This document shows, one piece after another, positions 61,260-64,000 of a stretch of DNA of 64,000 bases. Below the pieces are notes generated by a model, which did not search any database, had not been told where the DNA came from, and saw only the letters and a list, made by a program, of their open reading frames with translations. The position numbers and the translations under genes were made by a program. The DNA is from Candidatus Obscuribacterales bacterium (GTDB taxonomy: Bacteria > Cyanobacteriota > Vampirovibrionia > Obscuribacterales > Obscuribacteraceae): the NCBI GenBank assembly GCA_965228855.1, contig CBDDIJ010000003.1, forward strand, positions 2,240,001-2,304,000, given 5' to 3'. Every line of letters begins with the position of its first letter. The first letter of the stretch is position 1.

Positions 61260-62237
61260 TCACATACCTGTGCTCTGAGCAGTCGAAGAGAGCGTCGAAG
61301 ATACTGATGTTTTCAGGGTTTTCACACGCATCAGATGGACTAGCGTTTCAAGATCCTCGGCACTAACGAACAAAATTAAGCTTGTGATGAAAAACCATTC
61401 AAACGGTCCAAGCCCGAAACAAAGATCCAGCCCGAGATGAAAAAGAAGTGCCGACAAAAGCATTGCGTATCTGATTCTTTTATTGGGAATCCAGAATACG
61501 AAAATAAAAGACGTCTCCAGCGCTAACGTCGACCAGGTCAGGATTTTCGAGACAGCCGGTAAATCAATAAATGGAGGTATCGCGATCCGAGTGTAGTCCA
61601 AAAGACGCGTTGCGTAATAAACGGCAGATCCATCTCGCCACTGCTCGCCGGCGAATTTATAAATCACGTTTACAAGATAAATCACACAAAGTTGGACTTG
61701 AATTACGCGCTGAGCCCATGGTGCATAGAGCTGGTCTGAGGAAGCCGGGTTAATCAAACAGTCGATGGATAGGCGTTTTCCACAAGGGGCAAAGATGAGA
61801 AACAAGCTGATTATTCTTGCGAAGTTATCTCCACCCATAAGCACGATCGGAAAATGATTGCACAAGGACAGGTAGCAAAGAAATAACATTAATGAACTAA
61901 ATCTGGTGGCAAGCCCAATCGTCACAAAGAATGCCATGAGGGCGGAAAAATATAGGAACCCAATTCGGAAGCCGTCTTCCGAAGGCAAAAGCAAAAGAAG
62001 GTCGAAGGCAGGACCACGATTCCACTCATTTAAATCGATGCTCGACGTAGGGAACACGGCATTGGCGCCAAAGAATAATAAATAATCTCTTCTAAACTGC
62101 ACTAATAAACTGAACAACATCACCGTACCGAAGCCGATCCGGAAGACGCTTACCGGAAGAGCGGATTGGGGATTAAACCAGAAGCTGTTCCATCTCGCGC
62201 AGATCTTCGAGCATAACAGTTTAAAGCGCGCTGTCAT
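61260..62237 (-). CDS. HTTM domain membrane protein (paralog 2)
   Basis: WNSFWF.P, FRIGFG, GLATR, GGD, LSID, IQVQLC.IY, K..GEQWRDGSAVYY and FHLGLD motifs. Confidence 0.85.
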   Translation of the reverse strand: MTARFKLLCSKICARWNSFWFNPQSALPVSVFRIGFGTVMLFSLLVQFRRDYLLFFGANAVFPTSSIDLNEWNRGPAFDLLLLLPSEDGFRIGFLYFSALMAFFVTIGLATRFSSLMLFLCYLSLCNHFPIVLMGGDNFARIISLFLIFAPCGKRLSIDCLINPASSDQLYAPWAQRVIQVQLCVIYLVNVIYKFAGEQWRDGSAVYYATRLLDYTRIAIPPFIDLPAVSKILTWSTLALETSFIFVFWIPNKRIRYAMLLSALLFHLGLDLCFGLGPFEWFFITSLILFVSAEDLETLVHLMRVKTLKTSVSSTLSSTAQSTGM

Positions 62238-62836
62238 CTCACACCGCCCCGCGACATCTCATGATGCCTTACAAAAAATGGCAGCTGAACTGTCCGATGA
62301 TCGATCTTACTGAAACTCATGTCCAACTGCTTCGTGTAGGTGGAGAATGATGGAACGTTCATCCCATTAAATGTAGGTTCTACAAGAACTGGCGGATTAT
62401 CGACATTCCAGTTAGCCCTTGCGAGGAACCGAGCCGTATCCGGCCAATATGCCGCATAATGAGGCTCGCTAACTCCGTCGACAACAAACTTGCGAAGCTG
62501 ATTTCTTTCGATGTTAGAGAACGAAAACTTTCGATTCTCCGGCCATTCATACAACTTGATGGAACCGTCTTTGAAGGTGATCAAGCATGTTGCGTATTGA
62601 TTCATTATTCGAATATCGGGACTAAACAAATTCCAGCGTTGCTTCAGCCCGAATAACAAGATAATCGGGTCAACATAAGGTTTCACACGATCTCTAATTT
62701 CGCCGGAGGGCGAAACTTGAATCAATACAATTGAAAAATATGCGACAATAATAAGACTGATAATAATGCGACCGACGCGCTGAATATCAGAGTTTTCCGC
62801 GTTTTGGGAATTATATGTAATGTGATTGTCATCCAC
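62234..62836 (-). CDS. SdpA/DUF5819-like protein (paralog 3)
   Basis: TM, FGLKQRWNLFSP, ITFKDGSIKLYEWP, LRKF, ARFLAR and DNPP; 4-nt overlap with the HTTM gene. Confidence 0.65.
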   Translation of the reverse strand: MDDNHITYNSQNAENSDIQRVGRIIISLIIVAYFSIVLIQVSPSGEIRDRVKPYVDPIILLFGLKQRWNLFSPDIRIMNQYATCLITFKDGSIKLYEWPENRKFSFSNIERNQLRKFVVDGVSEPHYAAYWPDTARFLARANWNVDNPPVLVEPTFNGMNVPSFSTYTKQLDMSFSKIDHRTVQLPFFVRHHEMSRGGVR

Positions 62837-62948
62837 GCGGGATTAAGCCTCAAACACGTTTTTCGTAATGATAAACTGGAAGAAAATCCTTATAGGCACA
62901 CTACCAGACTAGCTTATCATTAAGCGAAGACAAAGGGTTTATAGGAAA

Positions 62949-63629
62949 ATGATGAGCAAAATTCCTGATGATAATTCGCCCAGCGTCGAGAAAGAATTTG
63001 ACTTTGCGGTTGAGAAAGAGCCGCCATCTAATTTCTGGAAACTGGTCGTTTCCGCATTCATGTTCACCTATGTAGCGTCTGTCGTCGTATGGTGTTTCGA
63101 TGACGTACCGTTCAAAAAAGAAATGGCGCCGCTGTCGCACTGGATTAATATTGCAGATGGTGGCGTTCAACATTGGAGTCTCTTTAGTCCGGACGTTCGT
63201 TACGTCATATATCACGAGACCGCGCTTGTTTCGTATAAAGACGGAACTATGAAGCTTTACGAGTTTCCCCGTATGCAAAAACTCAGTAACTGGGAAAAAT
63301 TCAAACACGAAAAATTGCGAAAGCTATTCAGCGATAATATTCCGTGGCCAGGCTACGAATCGTTCCTTCCGAACATCGCCCAGTTTCTTGCCGCAAGCAA
63401 TCAGGATCCGAAGAATCAACCTGCGATGGTTACGATGATCTTTAACTCCACACAAAATCCAAAGCCAGATCCCGATCACTGGAACTATCGTGACAATCTT
63501 CCTTTCCACAACGAGAAATTCGTCACTTTTCTCTACAGCGTGCGCGAAAACGATTTCATAAACGACGCGCAGAACTCCAAGCCCGATACGCATCGGCAAA
63601 GTAACTTACGGGTTCTCGACGCAAAATGA
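62949..63629 (+). CDS. SdpA/DUF5819-like protein (paralog 4)
   Basis: TM, GVQHWSLFSP, YKDGTMKLYEFPR, HEKLRK, PKPDP..W; ATGA overlap with the next gene. Confidence 0.65.
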   Translation: MMSKIPDDNSPSVEKEFDFAVEKEPPSNFWKLVVSAFMFTYVASVVVWCFDDVPFKKEMAPLSHWINIADGGVQHWSLFSPDVRYVIYHETALVSYKDGTMKLYEFPRMQKLSNWEKFKHEKLRKLFSDNIPWPGYESFLPNIAQFLAASNQDPKNQPAMVTMIFNSTQNPKPDPDHWNYRDNLPFHNEKFVTFLYSVRENDFINDAQNSKPDTHRQSNLRVLDAK

Positions 63630-64000
63630 ACGAGCCGAGCAAGAAAGAGAAATTTCTTAAGTGGTGGCAGAGTTTCTTCTTTGAGCCCGCGTCACCTACT
63701 CCAATTGCGTGGTTTCGAATCGCAATAGGAATCGTCACCCTCCAATGCCTCTGTATACACCTTCTTTCCGACTGGTCTCTGTACTTCGGCGATCATCCTC
63801 TGATTACTATAGAAACGATGATCGGAAAATATTGGAGATATGATCCGTATTTTGATCTGATGCTTCTTTTGCCATCTCAAGAAATTTGGCGATGGTATTT
63901 CTTCTGGGCAACAGTCGTATTTGCGACGATGATGACATTCGGTTTATTCACGCGATTCAGTTCTGTAGCGACATTTCTGTGCATGATGTCGTTGCAGCAT
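63626..64000 (+). CDS. HTTM domain membrane protein (paralog 3), truncated by the window edge
   Basis: Own translation from ATG 63626: MNEPSKKEKFLKWWQSFFFEPASPTPIAWFRIAIG...LYFG...FDLMLLLPS...GLFTRFSS..., collinear with paralogs 1 and 2; absent from the supplied ORF track. Confidence 0.85.
   Translation, partial: MNEPSKKEKFLKWWQSFFFEPASPTPIAWFRIAIGIVTLQCLCIHLLSDWSLYFGDHPLITIETMIGKYWRYDPYFDLMLLLPSQEIWRWYFFWATVVFATMMTFGLFTRFSSVATFLCMMSLQH

Overview
Gene-dense bacterial chromosomal window of roughly 50% GC, with no rRNA, canonical tRNA, CRISPR array or transposase recognised. The gene style (cyanobacterial-type CtpA, many TPR, caspase-like and TadE-like proteins, a giant Gly/Ser/Thr-rich exoprotein, a 2-oxoacid:ferredoxin oxidoreductase, no photosynthesis genes) suggests a non-photosynthetic cyanobacterial relative such as Melainabacteria/Obscuribacterales; this is inference only. 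Most of the window is housekeeping or metabolic: ctpA, mtnP, an M16 peptidase pair, hpt, guaD, OFOR alpha/beta, a GS-like plus amidohydrolase pair, a MEMO-AMMECR1 fusion, FIST, fumC, an acyl-CoA ligase, GH31 and trmJ. Two things stand out. (1) At 38.26-39.04 kb an ORF-free unit of about 403 bp is tandemly duplicated. Each copy has conserved upstream boxes, an extended -10 promoter, a near-identical, highly structured ~215-nt body and an intrinsic terminator, which fits two copies of an unidentified ncRNA gene. (2) At 51-64 kb three Tad/prepilin-type genes, one fused to about 200 Gly-Pro-X triplets (collagen/silk-like), are flanked on both sides by repeated SdpA(DUF5819)-like plus HTTM/SdpB-like gene pairs. 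This is a candidate undescribed surface-fibre and modification system.
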